The notes beneath the pieces are model-generated. The model saw only the letters and a list, made by a program, of their open reading frames with translations, had not been told where the DNA came from and searched no databases. DNA of 64,000 bases from Planctomycetota bacterium (GTDB lineage: Bacteria; Planctomycetota; UBA11346). Below are positions 42,337 to 54,710 of this stretch, piece by piece (position 1 is the stretch's first letter; the number at the start of each line of letters is the position of its first letter). The DNA is taken from the NCBI GenBank assembly GCA_038231435.1, contig JBBRLJ010000001.1:287314-351313 (forward strand), in the 5' to 3' direction. Both the position numbers and the translations under genes were made by a program.

Positions 42337-43701
42337 ATGCCGCGCCCGGTCGTCGTCCTGTGCTGTGTCGGCCTGACTCCGGCGCATCTCGGCGCAGATA
42401 CGCCCAACCTGTCGGCGCTCGCCGAATCCGGGTTCTCTGCCCCCCTCGCCGGCGTCGTGCCCGCGGTGACCACCAGCGCGCAGACCACGATGCTCACCGG
42501 CAAGCTGCCCAGCACGCACGGCATCGTCGCCAACGGCTGGTACTTTCGCGAACTCGGCGAGGTCTGGTTGTGGCGGCAGAGCGAACAGCTGGTTCAGGCG
42601 CCTCTCGTCTGGGACACCGTGCGCGCCGCCCGGCCAGGGCTGAAAGTGCTGAAGCATTTCTGGTGGTACGCGATGAACACCACCGCCACCGCCACCGTGA
42701 CGCCACGTCCGGCCTACCACCAGGACGGCGCCAAGTCGCCGGACTTCTACGCCGCCCCCGGGGGCCTGAAGGACCACCTGCTGCGCGCGCATGGCGAATT
42801 CCCGCTGTTCTCGTTCTGGGGCCCGAAGACCTCGATCAGCGCCACGCGCTGGATCGCCGAGAGCTTCCGCACCGCCTACGACCACGTCGAGCCGGACCTG
42901 TCCCTGGTCTACCTGCCGCACTTGGACTACGACCTGCAGCGCTTCGGCCCGGCAGGGCCGCACCTGGCGGCGAACCTCAAGGCCCTCGACACCGAGGCCG
43001 GCAAGGTCATCGCCCACGCGCGCGCCAAGGGCGCGCAGCTGCTGGTGGTCAGCGAGTACGGCATCGAGCGCGCCGAGCGTGCGGTGTTCATCAACCGCGC
43101 GTTGCGCGAGGCCAAGCTGCTCGCGGTCACGCGCAACGCCACCGGCGAGCTGCTCGACCCCGGCACCAGCCGTGCGTTCGCGGTCTGCGACCACCAGCTC
43201 GCGCACATCTACTGCCGCGACGCCACCGCCGCCGCCGAGGCCCAGGCGGTGATCGCCAAGCTCGACGGCATCGAGCGCGTGTACGCCGGAGCCGAGCGCG
43301 CGCCGATCGGCCTCGAGCACGCGCGCTCGGGCGAGCTGGTCGCCCTGGCCGCGCCCGGCGCGTGGTTCGCGCACGACTACTGGCTCGACCCCGCCGCCGC
43401 GCCTGACTTCGCGCGCTGCGTCGAGATCCACAAGAAGCCCGGCTACGATCCCCGCGAACTGATCTTCGATACCCACGGCGGCAAGCTGCGCGCGGCGAAG
43501 GCCTTGCTGCGCAAGAAGCTCGGCCTGCGCTACGTGATGAACGCCATCACCCAAGATGCCTCGCTGGTCAAGGGCACCCACGGCCGCCCCGCCAGCAGCC
43601 CCGAGCACGGCCCGCTCATCATCGGATCGGAGAAGTCGTGGCAGTGCGCGGCGTTCTCGATGCTCGACATCGCGCCGTTGATCGCTCGCGCGCTCACCTG
43701 A
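42337..43701 (+). CDS. eboF: Alkaline phosphatase-superfamily nucleotide pyrophosphatase (EboF type)
   Basis: VGLTP, PAVT..AQ, HGIVANGWYFR, YLPHLDY.LQRFGP, SEYG, HKKPGYDP.EL, VKGTHG. Confidence 0.8.
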   Translation: MPRPVVVLCCVGLTPAHLGADTPNLSALAESGFSAPLAGVVPAVTTSAQTTMLTGKLPSTHGIVANGWYFRELGEVWLWRQSEQLVQAPLVWDTVRAARPGLKVLKHFWWYAMNTTATATVTPRPAYHQDGAKSPDFYAAPGGLKDHLLRAHGEFPLFSFWGPKTSISATRWIAESFRTAYDHVEPDLSLVYLPHLDYDLQRFGPAGPHLAANLKALDTEAGKVIAHARAKGAQLLVVSEYGIERAERAVFINRALREAKLLAVTRNATGELLDPGTSRAFAVCDHQLAHIYCRDATAAAEAQAVIAKLDGIERVYAGAERAPIGLEHARSGELVALAAPGAWFAHDYWLDPAAAPDFARCVEIHKKPGYDPRELIFDTHGGKLRAAKALLRKKLGLRYVMNAITQDASLVKGTHGRPASSPEHGPLIIGSEKSWQCAAFSMLDIAPLIARALT

Positions 43702-43708
43702 CCAATGT

Positions 43709-43929
43709 CAGGCCATCGCGACGCGAAGCATCGATAGCAGCGAAGCTGCGCAGCGGCGAAGCCGCCGATGGCTGCGTGCTCGCGATGGGGGTGTCGGGGG
43801 CAGAGCCCCTGACGCGGGGGCGGCCGGGGGTCGCGACCCCCGGATTTCAACGCGAGCGAAGCGAGCAGGCCATCGCGACGCGAAGCGTCGATAGCAGCGA
43901 AGCTGCGCAGCGGCGAAGCCGCCGATGGC
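43709..43929. repeat. Two 64-bp direct repeats (43709-43772, 43866-43929) around a palindromic spacer (family C)
   Basis: Units differ at one base; each folds into an outer stem with three GAA-triloop hairpins. Confidence 0.92.
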
Positions 43930-43942
43930 CGTCAGAAGCAAG

Positions 43943-44986
43943 TCAACCGCGGGCGTTCGCCGTGAGCTTGCCCACCATCGCAACCTCGGCGCATTGGACG
44001 GCGTTCAGCGCCGCGCCCTTGAGCAGCTGGTCGCCCACCACCCAGATGTCGATGGTGTTGTCCTGGCTCTGGTCCTTGCGGATGCGGCCCACGTAGACGT
44101 CGTCCTTGCCGGCGACGTCGGTGGGCATCGGCCAGCGGTTCTTGGCGCGATCCTCGAGCACGGTGACGCCGGGCGCCTTGCGCAGGATCTCATAGGCGCG
44201 CTCGACGGACATCGGCGCCGAAAACTCGACATTCAGGGCCTCGGCGTGGGTGCGCAGCACCGGCACGCGCACGCAGGTGCCGGTGATGCGGATGGTCTGG
44301 TCGCCGAGGATCTTGCGCGACTCCTTGAGCAGCTTGATCTCCTCTTCGCAATAGCCGTTGTCGGTCATCGGCGAGTTGTGCGGGAAGAGGTTGAAGGCGT
44401 ACGGGTGCGGCAGCACGCTGTGGGTGAACGGCTTGCCCTCGAGGTACGCCTGCGTCCCCTGCTTGAGCTCCTCCATCGCCGCATGCCCGGCTCCGGACGC
44501 AGCCTGGTAGGTGGCGGCGACCAGGCGCTTGATCGGCACCGCGCGATGCAGCGGCGCGAGCGCCATCAGCGCGATGATGGTGGTGCAGTTCGGATTCGCG
44601 ATGACGCCCTTGCCGCCGTTCCTCTGCAGCGCCTTCTGCGCCTCCTGCGGGTTGATCTCGGGCACCACCAGCGGCACGCCATCCTCCATGCGGAAGGCCG
44701 AGCTGTTGTCGACCATCAGGCAGCCGGCCTTGACGCACGCCTCGCGGTACTGGCGCGACACCGAGGCGCCGGCGCTGAACAGCGCGAGATCGCAGCCCGT
44801 GAAGCTGTCGCCGTTCAGCTCGGTGACGGTGATGTCCTTGCCCTTGAAAGCGAGCTTGGTGCCGGCGCTGCGCTTGGATGCCAGCAGCACCAGCTTGTCG
44901 ATCGGGAACCTGCGGTTCTCGAGCACCTTCATGAACTCGACGCCGACCGCACCCGTGGCGCCGACGATGGCTACGGTGAAACCCAT
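43943..44986 (-). CDS. asd: Aspartate-semialdehyde dehydrogenase
   Basis: GATGAVG, DNSSAFRM, ANPNCTT, QAASGAG, CVRVPV..H, KGAALN. Confidence 0.97.
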   Translation of the reverse strand: MGFTVAIVGATGAVGVEFMKVLENRRFPIDKLVLLASKRSAGTKLAFKGKDITVTELNGDSFTGCDLALFSAGASVSRQYREACVKAGCLMVDNSSAFRMEDGVPLVVPEINPQEAQKALQRNGGKGVIANPNCTTIIALMALAPLHRAVPIKRLVAATYQAASGAGHAAMEELKQGTQAYLEGKPFTHSVLPHPYAFNLFPHNSPMTDNGYCEEEIKLLKESRKILGDQTIRITGTCVRVPVLRTHAEALNVEFSAPMSVERAYEILRKAPGVTVLEDRAKNRWPMPTDVAGKDDVYVGRIRKDQSQDNTIDIWVVGDQLLKGAALNAVQCAEVAMVGKLTANARG

Positions 44987-45086
44987 GAAACCCCTCGTTT
45001 CCCGCGGGAAAAGCTGCCGCTGGGAAGGGCGCCATAGTGGTGCCCATCGCCGCCAGGCAAGGGGCGGCAGTCCCTTCGGACCGTGC

Positions 45087-46994
45087 TCAGGGCGCTGCGT
45101 CGCGAGGAAAGAAGCCCTCGATCATGCCCAGGTTGTGGCCGCAGAGGCCGGAACCCATCCACAGGCCGAGCGACAGGAACGCCAGGGCCAGCAGCAGCCG
45201 GCTGACCCCGACCGACTCGACGCGGGTGTCGCTCGCGGAACGGATCAGACCGAGCAAGTAGATCGCGATCACCAGCCCACAGGCCGACCACGCGGCGAGC
45301 GTCGTCGAGCGGCCGATGATGCCCCAACCCCACGAGGCGTCGCAGATGGCGAGGAACTTGAAGGCCGCCGCGATCTCCACCAGGCCGCCAACCACCTTGA
45401 ACTCGTTCATCCACGCGCCGGCGCGCGGGATGCGCGTGAGCAGGGTCGGGCTCATGGCGAGGATGAAGAACGGGATGGCGATCGTCCCGCCGTACACCGC
45501 CATGCCCTCGACGGCGCGCGTCCAGGTGCCGCTCGCCACGGCTTCGGCCAACACCGAGCCAGCGAAGGGCGCGGTGCAGCTGAACGCGGTCACGGCGAAG
45601 GTCATGCCCATGACCAGCGCGCCGAGATAACCCGAGCGCCCGCCGCCGAGCTTCGACTCCAGGCCGAAGGGCAGGCGCAGCAGGAAGGCCCCGAGCAGGC
45701 TCAGCCCGAGCACGATGAACAGCAACGCGATCACCAGGTTGGTGATCGGATGGCCCGCGACGCTGACCAGCGACGACTGGAAGATGCCGGTGATGAGCAC
45801 GCCGAGTCCGACGAAGCAGGCGACGATGCCCGAGGCGTAGAACGCCGCGAGCGGCAGCACGCTCTTCCCGCCGGCCGCCTGCTTGGCGAAGAAGTTGATG
45901 GTGAAGGGGATCATCGGATAGGTGCACGGCATCAGCAGCGTGATCAGGCCGCCGAACATCGCGAGCAGCCAGAAGCGGCTGCCCGAGCCCGTGCCCTCGT
46001 CGGCTCCCTGGCCGCCCGCGAGAAAAGCGAGGAAGCGGGACATCGTCGCCCGGTCGCGCGTATCGTCGAAGAACTCGCTCCAGCGCGTCTCGGTGCCGTC
46101 GGGGGCGATGCGCACATAGAGCGGACGGTTCTGGGTGCGGAATCGCGCCTGCTGCCAGTCGGCGAGCTGCTGGTGCGGTGGATCGGTGTCGATCTCGATC
46201 GGCACGCCGGTGTTCCACGCCTTGATCACCGCGGCATCGCGCAGGATGGATTTGGCCATCACCTGGCAGTTGTTGCACGACGGGCCGGTGAAATCGAGGA
46301 ATGCCGCCACCCCGGCGGTCTTGGCCTCGGCCATCGCCGCCTCGGCATCCGCCACGGTGTGGGGATGGCGCCAGCGGATGCCGCTCGTCGCATCGGCATT
46401 CTGCCGCGACAGTTCCTCGCGGATGACGGCGCGCAGCGCCTCGATGTCCACCGCTGCTGCCGGAGCGATCGTCGGGACAGCCGTGATCGGACCTCCCTTC
46501 ACGCTCGGGAGCTGGATGGTGACCGCCTGCTTGATCACCGGATTGCGGCAGGCCTGGTCGCACGCCATGTAGCTCACCAGCACCGTCGCCTCGACCGCCG
46601 CACCGTCGGCCGTGCCGGGCAGGGTGATCGGGAGACGCACGGTGACGGGCCCTTCGGGATAGACGCTCAGATCGTCGACGACGTGGGGCTTCTGATCGGC
46701 CGTCAACGCTCCCGCGGCGACCAGCGCGCCACCCTGCTTGGGTTCTAGCCTGGTGGGGACTCCGAGTTCGCCTTTCAGGTCGACCGAATACAGGTGCAGC
46801 GTGGGCAGGGTTGGCGTGAACACGCCGATCAGCGTGGCCGAACTGCCCGCGCCGCGCTCGAGCGAGATCTCGACCGAGACGAAGTTCTTGGTCAGGGTCG
46901 CGAGGTGCTCGGCTCCGAGCGAGCGGCCCGACAAGCACGCCAGGAAGCTCGCCCACACGAGGAGCAGGATCACGCAGCGGACGGCACGGATCAT
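45087..46994 (-). CDS. dsbD: DsbD-like thiol:disulfide interchange protein with order N-domain, thioredoxin, TM
   Basis: N-domain ACDQAC, central DFTGPSCNNC, C-terminal TM domain with MPCTYPMIP and FSCTAP. Confidence 0.85.
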   Translation of the reverse strand: MIRAVRCVILLLVWASFLACLSGRSLGAEHLATLTKNFVSVEISLERGAGSSATLIGVFTPTLPTLHLYSVDLKGELGVPTRLEPKQGGALVAAGALTADQKPHVVDDLSVYPEGPVTVRLPITLPGTADGAAVEATVLVSYMACDQACRNPVIKQAVTIQLPSVKGGPITAVPTIAPAAAVDIEALRAVIREELSRQNADATSGIRWRHPHTVADAEAAMAEAKTAGVAAFLDFTGPSCNNCQVMAKSILRDAAVIKAWNTGVPIEIDTDPPHQQLADWQQARFRTQNRPLYVRIAPDGTETRWSEFFDDTRDRATMSRFLAFLAGGQGADEGTGSGSRFWLLAMFGGLITLLMPCTYPMIPFTINFFAKQAAGGKSVLPLAAFYASGIVACFVGLGVLITGIFQSSLVSVAGHPITNLVIALLFIVLGLSLLGAFLLRLPFGLESKLGGGRSGYLGALVMGMTFAVTAFSCTAPFAGSVLAEAVASGTWTRAVEGMAVYGGTIAIPFFILAMSPTLLTRIPRAGAWMNEFKVVGGLVEIAAAFKFLAICDASWGWGIIGRSTTLAAWSACGLVIAIYLLGLIRSASDTRVESVGVSRLLLALAFLSLGLWMGSGLCGHNLGMIEGFFPRDAAP

Positions 46995-47123
46995 TCCCAC
47001 CTCGCACCCCATCCTTCACCCCCTGCTACGATCACAAGACGCGAGCGGATGGGACTATTCCCAGGCATCTCCGGTTGCCGGCGACGGCACGGCATCTAGC
47101 ATGCGCCTCCCCTCGGAAACGAC

Positions 47124-48914
<1,791 letters not shown>

Positions 48915-48935
48915 CCGCACTCGCTCCGCGCCGCC

Positions 48936-49259
48936 CTATGGCGCGGAGCTCAGGTACACGAAGGCGATGGCGCAGCCAGCCGCCCACGCGACCGCGCCCC
49001 ACAACCCGTTCGCGAGTCGCGTGCTCCAGTGCGTCCCGCGTGCAGCGAGCACCGCGATCGGAATGCACGTCACCGAGCTTGCGCAGTAGGCGATCCAACC
49101 GAGTCCACGCAGAACCATAGCGCCCTGATCAGGAGCGCCGGTGAACGTCTGCCCGGAATGTCGGATGATGATGGCCGATGCCGCCAGCGATGCGGCCAAT
49201 GGAGCAGAGCCGATGAGCACCGGGATCCGGGGACAGGGACGGGCTTCGGGTGTCTCCAT
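48936..49259 (-). CDS. Small hypothetical membrane protein
   Basis: Three hydrophobic segments; fills the gap between aspS and the activator gene. Confidence 0.5.
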   Translation of the reverse strand: METPEARPCPRIPVLIGSAPLAASLAASAIIIRHSGQTFTGAPDQGAMVLRGLGWIAYCASSVTCIPIAVLAARGTHWSTRLANGLWGAVAWAAGCAIAFVYLSSAP

Positions 49260-49372
49260 GGTTATTTTATCTTCACTCGTTAACTTAAGCAATCTCCACA
49301 GACCTGACATTGCCCTCTGGTCCTGAGCGCCCATTTCTTTACCATCGGTGCCCGATAATTGCCCAGGCGCTC

Positions 49373-50869
49373 ATGTCCAACCCGATTCTTGACCTCCTGG
49401 ATGCCGCCACCGAAGCGCGCGTCGCGAATCCCCAGCTGCGACCCTCGGTCTTGGCGGCCCTACGGCTGGCCAACGGCAGCGGTCTGCTCAGGGCCGGCCG
49501 CCTCGTGACCCTGCGCCACGACGGCGACGTCCGTGAGATCATCGCCCACGGGGAGCCATCCCAGAACGAGGATGCCGACCGCGCCCTGGTCGTGCAGGCG
49601 CGCGACGGCAAGGAACCCGTCACCTCGGGCGAGGTGAACGCCTATCCGCTGGGAAAAGCCAAGCGCGTCCACGGCGTGCTGCTGCTCGAGGCTGCCGGCC
49701 CGGACGTCGGGCACCTGCTGTCGGACCTGTTCCTGCAGTGGTGCGCGATGGCCGAGTACGTGCACATCGAGAAAGCCGAGCTCATCGACGAGAACTTCCA
49801 ACTGCGCGAGGAGATCAAGACCCAGTTCTCGGAGCGCAACATCATCGCCGTCTCAGGCAGCTTCCGCCGCGTGGTCGAGAACGCTCGCCGCGTCGCTGCG
49901 TCGAGCGCCACCGCGCTCATCCACGGCGAGACCGGCACCGGCAAGGAGCTGATCGCGCGCCTGATCCATGACCATTCCCCGCGCGCCAACGGACCCTTCA
50001 TCCCGGTGAACTGCGGCGCGCTCTCAGAGAGCCTGCTCGAGTCCGAGCTCTTCGGACACGTCAAGGGCGCCTTCACCGGCGCGGTGGCCGACCGCAAGGG
50101 CCGCTTCGAGGCTGCCAACGGTGGCACCATCTTCCTCGACGAGATCGGCGAGGTCAGCCAGGCGATGCAAGTGCGACTGCTGCGCGTGCTGCAGGAGATG
50201 GAGATCGAGCGCGTCGGCGACAATCGCACGCGCAAGCTCGACGTACGCGTGGTCGCGGCGACCAATCGCGTGCTCGAGGACGAGGTGCGCAAGGGCACCT
50301 TCCGCGCGGACCTGTATTACCGCCTGAACGTGGTCTACCTGCATATCCCGCCGCTGCGCAGCCGCGTCGAGGACATCCCGCACCTGGTCGAGCACTTCCT
50401 CGGTGCATACTGCCAGCGCAACATCAAGTTCATCGAATCGATCTCGCGCGACGCCATCGAGATCATGTGCCGCTATCCCTGGCCCGGCAACGTGCGCGAG
50501 CTCGAGAATTGCATCGAGAAGATGGTGGTGATGGCGCCTGGCAAGGAGCTGACCACCGATCTGCTGCCGATCACGGTGATGGCCTTCGACCCGCACCAGG
50601 AGGGCGACAAAGCCCAGGGACTGGCCAGCTTCGAGGCGCGTCTGAAGAGCTTCATGCAGGCCGAGACTCACACTTGCCTCGAGCGCGGCTCCAACGACCT
50701 CTACGACACCGTGCGCGACAAGTGGGAGCGTTACCTGTTCGAGGCCGTGCTCAACGCCTGCAACAACAACAAGTCGAAGGCGGCATCGCTGCTCGGCATC
50801 ACGCGCAATACCCTGTCCACCCGGCTCAAGGAGCTGTGCGACGTGAAGCGCGAATGGACTGTTGACTAA
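49373..50869 (+). CDS. Sigma54-dependent Fis-family enhancer-binding protein
   Basis: [41 protein letters not shown]-terminal HTH. Confidence 0.95.
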   Translation: MSNPILDLLDAATEARVANPQLRPSVLAALRLANGSGLLRAGRLVTLRHDGDVREIIAHGEPSQNEDADRALVVQARDGKEPVTSGEVNAYPLGKAKRVHGVLLLEAAGPDVGHLLSDLFLQWCAMAEYVHIEKAELIDENFQLREEIKTQFSERNIIAVSGSFRRVVENARRVAASSATALIHGETGTGKELIARLIHDHSPRANGPFIPVNCGALSESLLESELFGHVKGAFTGAVADRKGRFEAANGGTIFLDEIGEVSQAMQVRLLRVLQEMEIERVGDNRTRKLDVRVVAATNRVLEDEVRKGTFRADLYYRLNVVYLHIPPLRSRVEDIPHLVEHFLGAYCQRNIKFIESISRDAIEIMCRYPWPGNVRELENCIEKMVVMAPGKELTTDLLPITVMAFDPHQEGDKAQGLASFEARLKSFMQAETHTCLERGSNDLYDTVRDKWERYLFEAVLNACNNNKSKAASLLGITRNTLSTRLKELCDVKREWTVD

Positions 50870-51043
50870 GCGGGGGCTGAGCCCCCCGCACCCCACACGA
50901 CCTTTGTCGGCCTTCGATTTCGCCCTACGGGCGAAATCGTTTGCGTGGGGTCTTCGCCCATTTTCCACGCAAACCAGGCCTCGGCGGTCACTCGCGGCTG
51001 TCGCCGCTCGGGTTTTGACGGGGCTCTGCCCCGAACCCCGGGG
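50870..51043 (-). repeat. Structured dispersed element family B, diverged copy 3
   Basis: Reverse complement CCGAG GCCT..AATGGGCGAAG..CGATTTCG..CGAAATCG A AGGC CGACAAAG..GTGGGGT matches the core of copy 1. Confidence 0.78.
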
Positions 51044-51058
51044 ATTCGAAAAAAACGG

Positions 51059-51835
51059 CTATTTTGTGAGTGGGGCGGCGGTGAGCATCTCGGACAGCAG
51101 TGGCTCCATCTGCGTGGCCCATATCTCGTAGCCGGCGGGGCCGGGGTGCAGGAAATCGGGCATGATCGCCGCGTCGATGGTGCCGTCGGCGGCGCAGAAG
51201 GCGGGGCCGATGTCGAGGAAACGGACGCGCGCGCCATCGTCGAGCGTGGCGATGCGGCGATTGACCTCGAGGACGCGCTCGCGCTGCGGATCGGTCGCGG
51301 ACTTGCCGCGCGGGAACACGCCCAGGAGCAGCAGCCGGCTCATCGGCAGGCGCTCGCCGATGACCTTGGCCGCCTGGCCGATGCCGGCTGCGACGCGTTC
51401 CGGAGTCGCGGCGGGATCGGCGAGGTTGTTGGTGCCGATCATCAGCACCACCAGGCGTGGCGTCAGTCCGGCGACCTCGCCTCCAGCGGTGATGCGCCAC
51501 AGCAGGTGCTGAATGCCGTCGCCGCCGATGGCGAACTCCGCCGCATGCCTGGGGGCGTACAGGCGCTCCCAGGTCGCGCGGCCGGCTCCATCGTGATCGG
51601 TCGCCGGGTCCGCCAGCATCAGGCGGCAATCCCAGCCCTGGGTGATCGAGTCGCCGAGGAAGAGCAGGTCCACACCGCCCTTGGCGGTTCGCGCCAGCAG
51701 GTCGCCGTGGCGTTGCACCCACCAGGCATCGGACTTGGGTTGAGGCTGGTAGGGCTCCGCTACCGGCGCCTGGTCGGCTGCGGCGGCGCACGCAGACAAC
51801 GACACCACCAGCAGGACGGCGGCGAACGTCCTCAT
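51059..51835 (-). CDS. Secreted GDSL/SGNH hydrolase (PAF-acetylhydrolase-like)
   Basis: GDSIT, IGGD, GTNN, DFLHP; signal peptide. Confidence 0.92.
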   Translation of the reverse strand: MRTFAAVLLVVSLSACAAAADQAPVAEPYQPQPKSDAWWVQRHGDLLARTAKGGVDLLFLGDSITQGWDCRLMLADPATDHDGAGRATWERLYAPRHAAEFAIGGDGIQHLLWRITAGGEVAGLTPRLVVLMIGTNNLADPAATPERVAAGIGQAAKVIGERLPMSRLLLLGVFPRGKSATDPQRERVLEVNRRIATLDDGARVRFLDIGPAFCAADGTIDAAIMPDFLHPGPAGYEIWATQMEPLLSEMLTAAPLTK

Positions 51836-52629
51836 GCGTGCGGGGTCAGGCCCAGATCGGCCTCGACGAGCTTGAAGCGGTCGCGCAGCCGGGACACGTC
51901 CTCATAGTTGCCGAGCACGTCCTGCGGATGGTGCGCGTCGCTGTTGAGCACCACGCGCACCCCGTGTTCCGCCGCGACCTCCCAGAAGGGGGCCCACGGG
52001 TACGGCGGGCGCTTCCCGTCGGACCCCTCCACCAGGCCTTTGCGGAATCCGAGACCGTTGATCTCGAGGGGCACGTTGAGCGCGGCGGCCGAGGCGCAGA
52101 TGTCGTGGGCGCACTTGCCGATGTCGACGGTCCACGATTCGTTGCAGCAGCCGAACAGGTCGGGGTGGGCGATGAAGGCGAACAGGCCCGATTCCATGGT
52201 GCGGATGCAGGTGGCGGCGTAGGCGGCGAGCGCCTGGGGCGTCGTGGTATGGTCGAAGCTGCCGACCCATTCACCAGCCGACAGCTCGGTGAGGTGACAC
52301 GCACCGATCAGGTAATCGTAACCGCGCCGGCCGAGCAGCTCGTCCTCGTAGAAGGCTCGCAGCTCAGGCAGCCACTCGCACTCCATGCCCAGCAGCACGG
52401 TCAGCGCCGGCTGCTCGAGCGCGGCCTGGCGAACCGCCTGTTCGTAGTCCTCGAGTTCGGTGAAGCGCATCCGCCAGTCCTGCCACCGGCCATCGGGCAT
52501 GGGCGTGTGGTCGGAGAAGCCGAGCACCTTGCAGCCGCCGGCGGCCGCGATCCTCGCGTATTCCGGCGCGTCGCCGGTGGCGTGGCCGCAGCGGTAGGTG
52601 TGCGTGTGGTAGTTCGCGGTGAAGCCCAT
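51832..52629 (-). CDS. PHP-domain histidinol-phosphatase (HisJ family)
   Basis: NYHTHT, SDH, AHPD, NSDAH. Confidence 0.88.
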   Translation of the reverse strand: MGFTANYHTHTYRCGHATGDAPEYARIAAAGGCKVLGFSDHTPMPDGRWQDWRMRFTELEDYEQAVRQAALEQPALTVLLGMECEWLPELRAFYEDELLGRRGYDYLIGACHLTELSAGEWVGSFDHTTTPQALAAYAATCIRTMESGLFAFIAHPDLFGCCNESWTVDIGKCAHDICASAAALNVPLEINGLGFRKGLVEGSDGKRPPYPWAPFWEVAAEHGVRVVLNSDAHHPQDVLGNYEDVSRLRDRFKLVEADLGLTPHA

Positions 52630-52804
52630 CGTCCTGGAAGGATACCACGGATCCTGGCGGTTAAACCAGGCGATCGACCCGCCAACCGGCAACGCGCACC
52701 GCTCCCGCAACGGTTCAACTGACGCGCCCGCCGCAGCCTATTGACCACCACTCCGACAGGCCCACGGTGCTGGACGTTCCCGACAGCGGCACCCCGGAGG
52801 CGAG

Positions 52805-54643
52805 ATGGCGAAGCAGAAGGTCGAGTATTCCGAGGCAGCGATCAAGACGCTCGACGCACTCAGCCACATCCGCCTGCGCACCGGCATGTATATCGGCCGC
52901 CTCGGCGACGGCTCCAATCCGGCGGATGGCATCTACGTGCTCATGAAGGAGGTCGTCGACAACTCGGTCGATGAGTTCATCATGGGCGAGGGCAAGAAGG
53001 TCGAGATCAAGCGCGACGATGTGACCGTCTCGATCAGGGACTTCGGCCGCGGCATCCCGCTCGGCAAGGTCATCGAATGCGTCAGCCAGATCAACACCGG
53101 CGGCAAGTACAACGACGACGTTTTCCAGTTCTCGGTCGGCCTGAACGGCGTCGGAACCAAGGCGGTCAATGCCCTGTCGAGCCGCTTCGAGGTCATCAGC
53201 TTCCGCGAAGGTCAGTTCAAGCGTGGCTTGTTCGAGCGCGGCAAGCTCAAGGCCGAGGAAGCGGGCAAGGCCAAGGACGAGCCGAACGGCACCTACGTCG
53301 AATTCACGCCCGACCCCGAGATCTTCAAGACCTACCAGTGGAAGGACGAGTTCATCGCCAAGCGGCTGCAGTACTACTGCTACCTCAACAGCGGCCTGAC
53401 CATCGTCTACAACGGGCAGAGCTTCGTCTCGCGCAATGGTCTCGGCGATCTGCTCGCGACCGAGATCGGCGAGGAGCCGACGCACTACGACGTCTTCCAC
53501 GAGAAATCTGACACCAAGCTCGAGTTCGCCTTCACCCACACCAATACCTACGGGGAGACCTACTTCAGCTTCGTCAACGGCCAGTACACCAACGACGGCG
53601 GCACCCATCAGGCCGCCTTCCGCGAGGGCCTGCTCAAGGGCGTGAACGAGTTCGCCGGCAAGAACTACTCCGGCGAGGACGTGCGCGAGGGCCTGATCGG
53701 CGCCATCGCGATCAAGGTCCAGGACCCGATGTTCGAGAGCCAGACCAAGAACAAGCTCGGCTCGGACGTGCGTGGCTGGATCGTCCCGGCGGTGAAGGAG
53801 GCGGTCGAGCGCTGGCTGCACACCAATCCCAAGGTGGCCGAGAAACTGCTCGACAAGATCAAGACCAACGAGCGGATCCGCACCGAGCTCGCGAAGATCA
53901 AGAAGGAGGCGCGCGAGCGTGCCCGTTCGGTCGCGCTGCGCATCCCCAAGCTGCGTGACTGCAAGGTGCACTTCTGCGACGGCGAGACCTCCAACAAGAA
54001 GGAAGACGCGCGGCGCGAGGAAACCAGCCTGTTCATCACCGAAGGCGATTCCGCGGGCGGCTCGCTGATCCAGAGCCGCGACGTCGAGACCCAGGCGATC
54101 TTCACCATCAAGGGCAAGCCCCTGAACTGCTACGGCCTGGGCAAAGAGACCGTCTACAAGAACGAGGAGCTCTACAACATCATGTCCGCCCTCGGCATCG
54201 AGAACGGGCTAGAGGGCCTGCGCTACAACAAGGTGATCATCGCCACCGACGCCGACGTCGACGGCATGCACATCCGCAACCTGCTCCTCACGTACTTCCT
54301 GCGCTTCTTCGAGGAACTGGTCACGCGTGGGCACGTGTACATCTTCGAGACTCCCCTGTTCCGCGTGCGCAACAAGCAGGTGACGACGTACTGCTACAGC
54401 GAGACCGAGCGCGACGCCGCGATGAAGGAGATCGCGAAGCCCGAGGTCACGCGCTTCAAGGGCCTCGGCGAGATCAGCCCCAAGGAGTTCGGCCAATTCA
54501 TCCAGGGCAATGACATCCGCCTCAATCAGGTGTCCATCGAGAGCCTCAGCGAGGTGAAGAAGGCCTTGGAATTCTACATGGGCAAGAACACCCCCGAGCG
54601 GAAGAGCTTCATCATCCAGAACCTCATCTACGAGACGAACTGA
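52805..54643 (+). CDS. parE: DNA topoisomerase IV subunit B
   Basis: HIRLRTGMYIG, EVVDNSVDE, TEGDSAGG, DADVDG, RFKGLGE; short form. Confidence 0.9.
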   Translation: MAKQKVEYSEAAIKTLDALSHIRLRTGMYIGRLGDGSNPADGIYVLMKEVVDNSVDEFIMGEGKKVEIKRDDVTVSIRDFGRGIPLGKVIECVSQINTGGKYNDDVFQFSVGLNGVGTKAVNALSSRFEVISFREGQFKRGLFERGKLKAEEAGKAKDEPNGTYVEFTPDPEIFKTYQWKDEFIAKRLQYYCYLNSGLTIVYNGQSFVSRNGLGDLLATEIGEEPTHYDVFHEKSDTKLEFAFTHTNTYGETYFSFVNGQYTNDGGTHQAAFREGLLKGVNEFAGKNYSGEDVREGLIGAIAIKVQDPMFESQTKNKLGSDVRGWIVPAVKEAVERWLHTNPKVAEKLLDKIKTNERIRTELAKIKKEARERARSVALRIPKLRDCKVHFCDGETSNKKEDARREETSLFITEGDSAGGSLIQSRDVETQAIFTIKGKPLNCYGLGKETVYKNEELYNIMSALGIENGLEGLRYNKVIIATDADVDGMHIRNLLLTYFLRFFEELVTRGHVYIFETPLFRVRNKQVTTYCYSETERDAAMKEIAKPEVTRFKGLGEISPKEFGQFIQGNDIRLNQVSIESLSEVKKALEFYMGKNTPERKSFIIQNLIYETN

Positions 54644-54710
54644 GCGTGGACGAGATTCGCACGAATCCGCTTCCGCGCTTACAGGTACCTATGGACATTC
54701 GGAGCTCGCG

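Noticed and set aside
43709..43929. CRISPR array or tRNA interpretation of the direct repeats
   Set aside because: Only two 64-bp units with a palindromic spacer; no cas genes and no tRNA D/T-loop consensus.
49260..49372. Sigma54 -24/-12 promoter near the activator gene
   Set aside because: No TGGCAC-N5-TTGC match was seen in the adjacent intergenic DNA.
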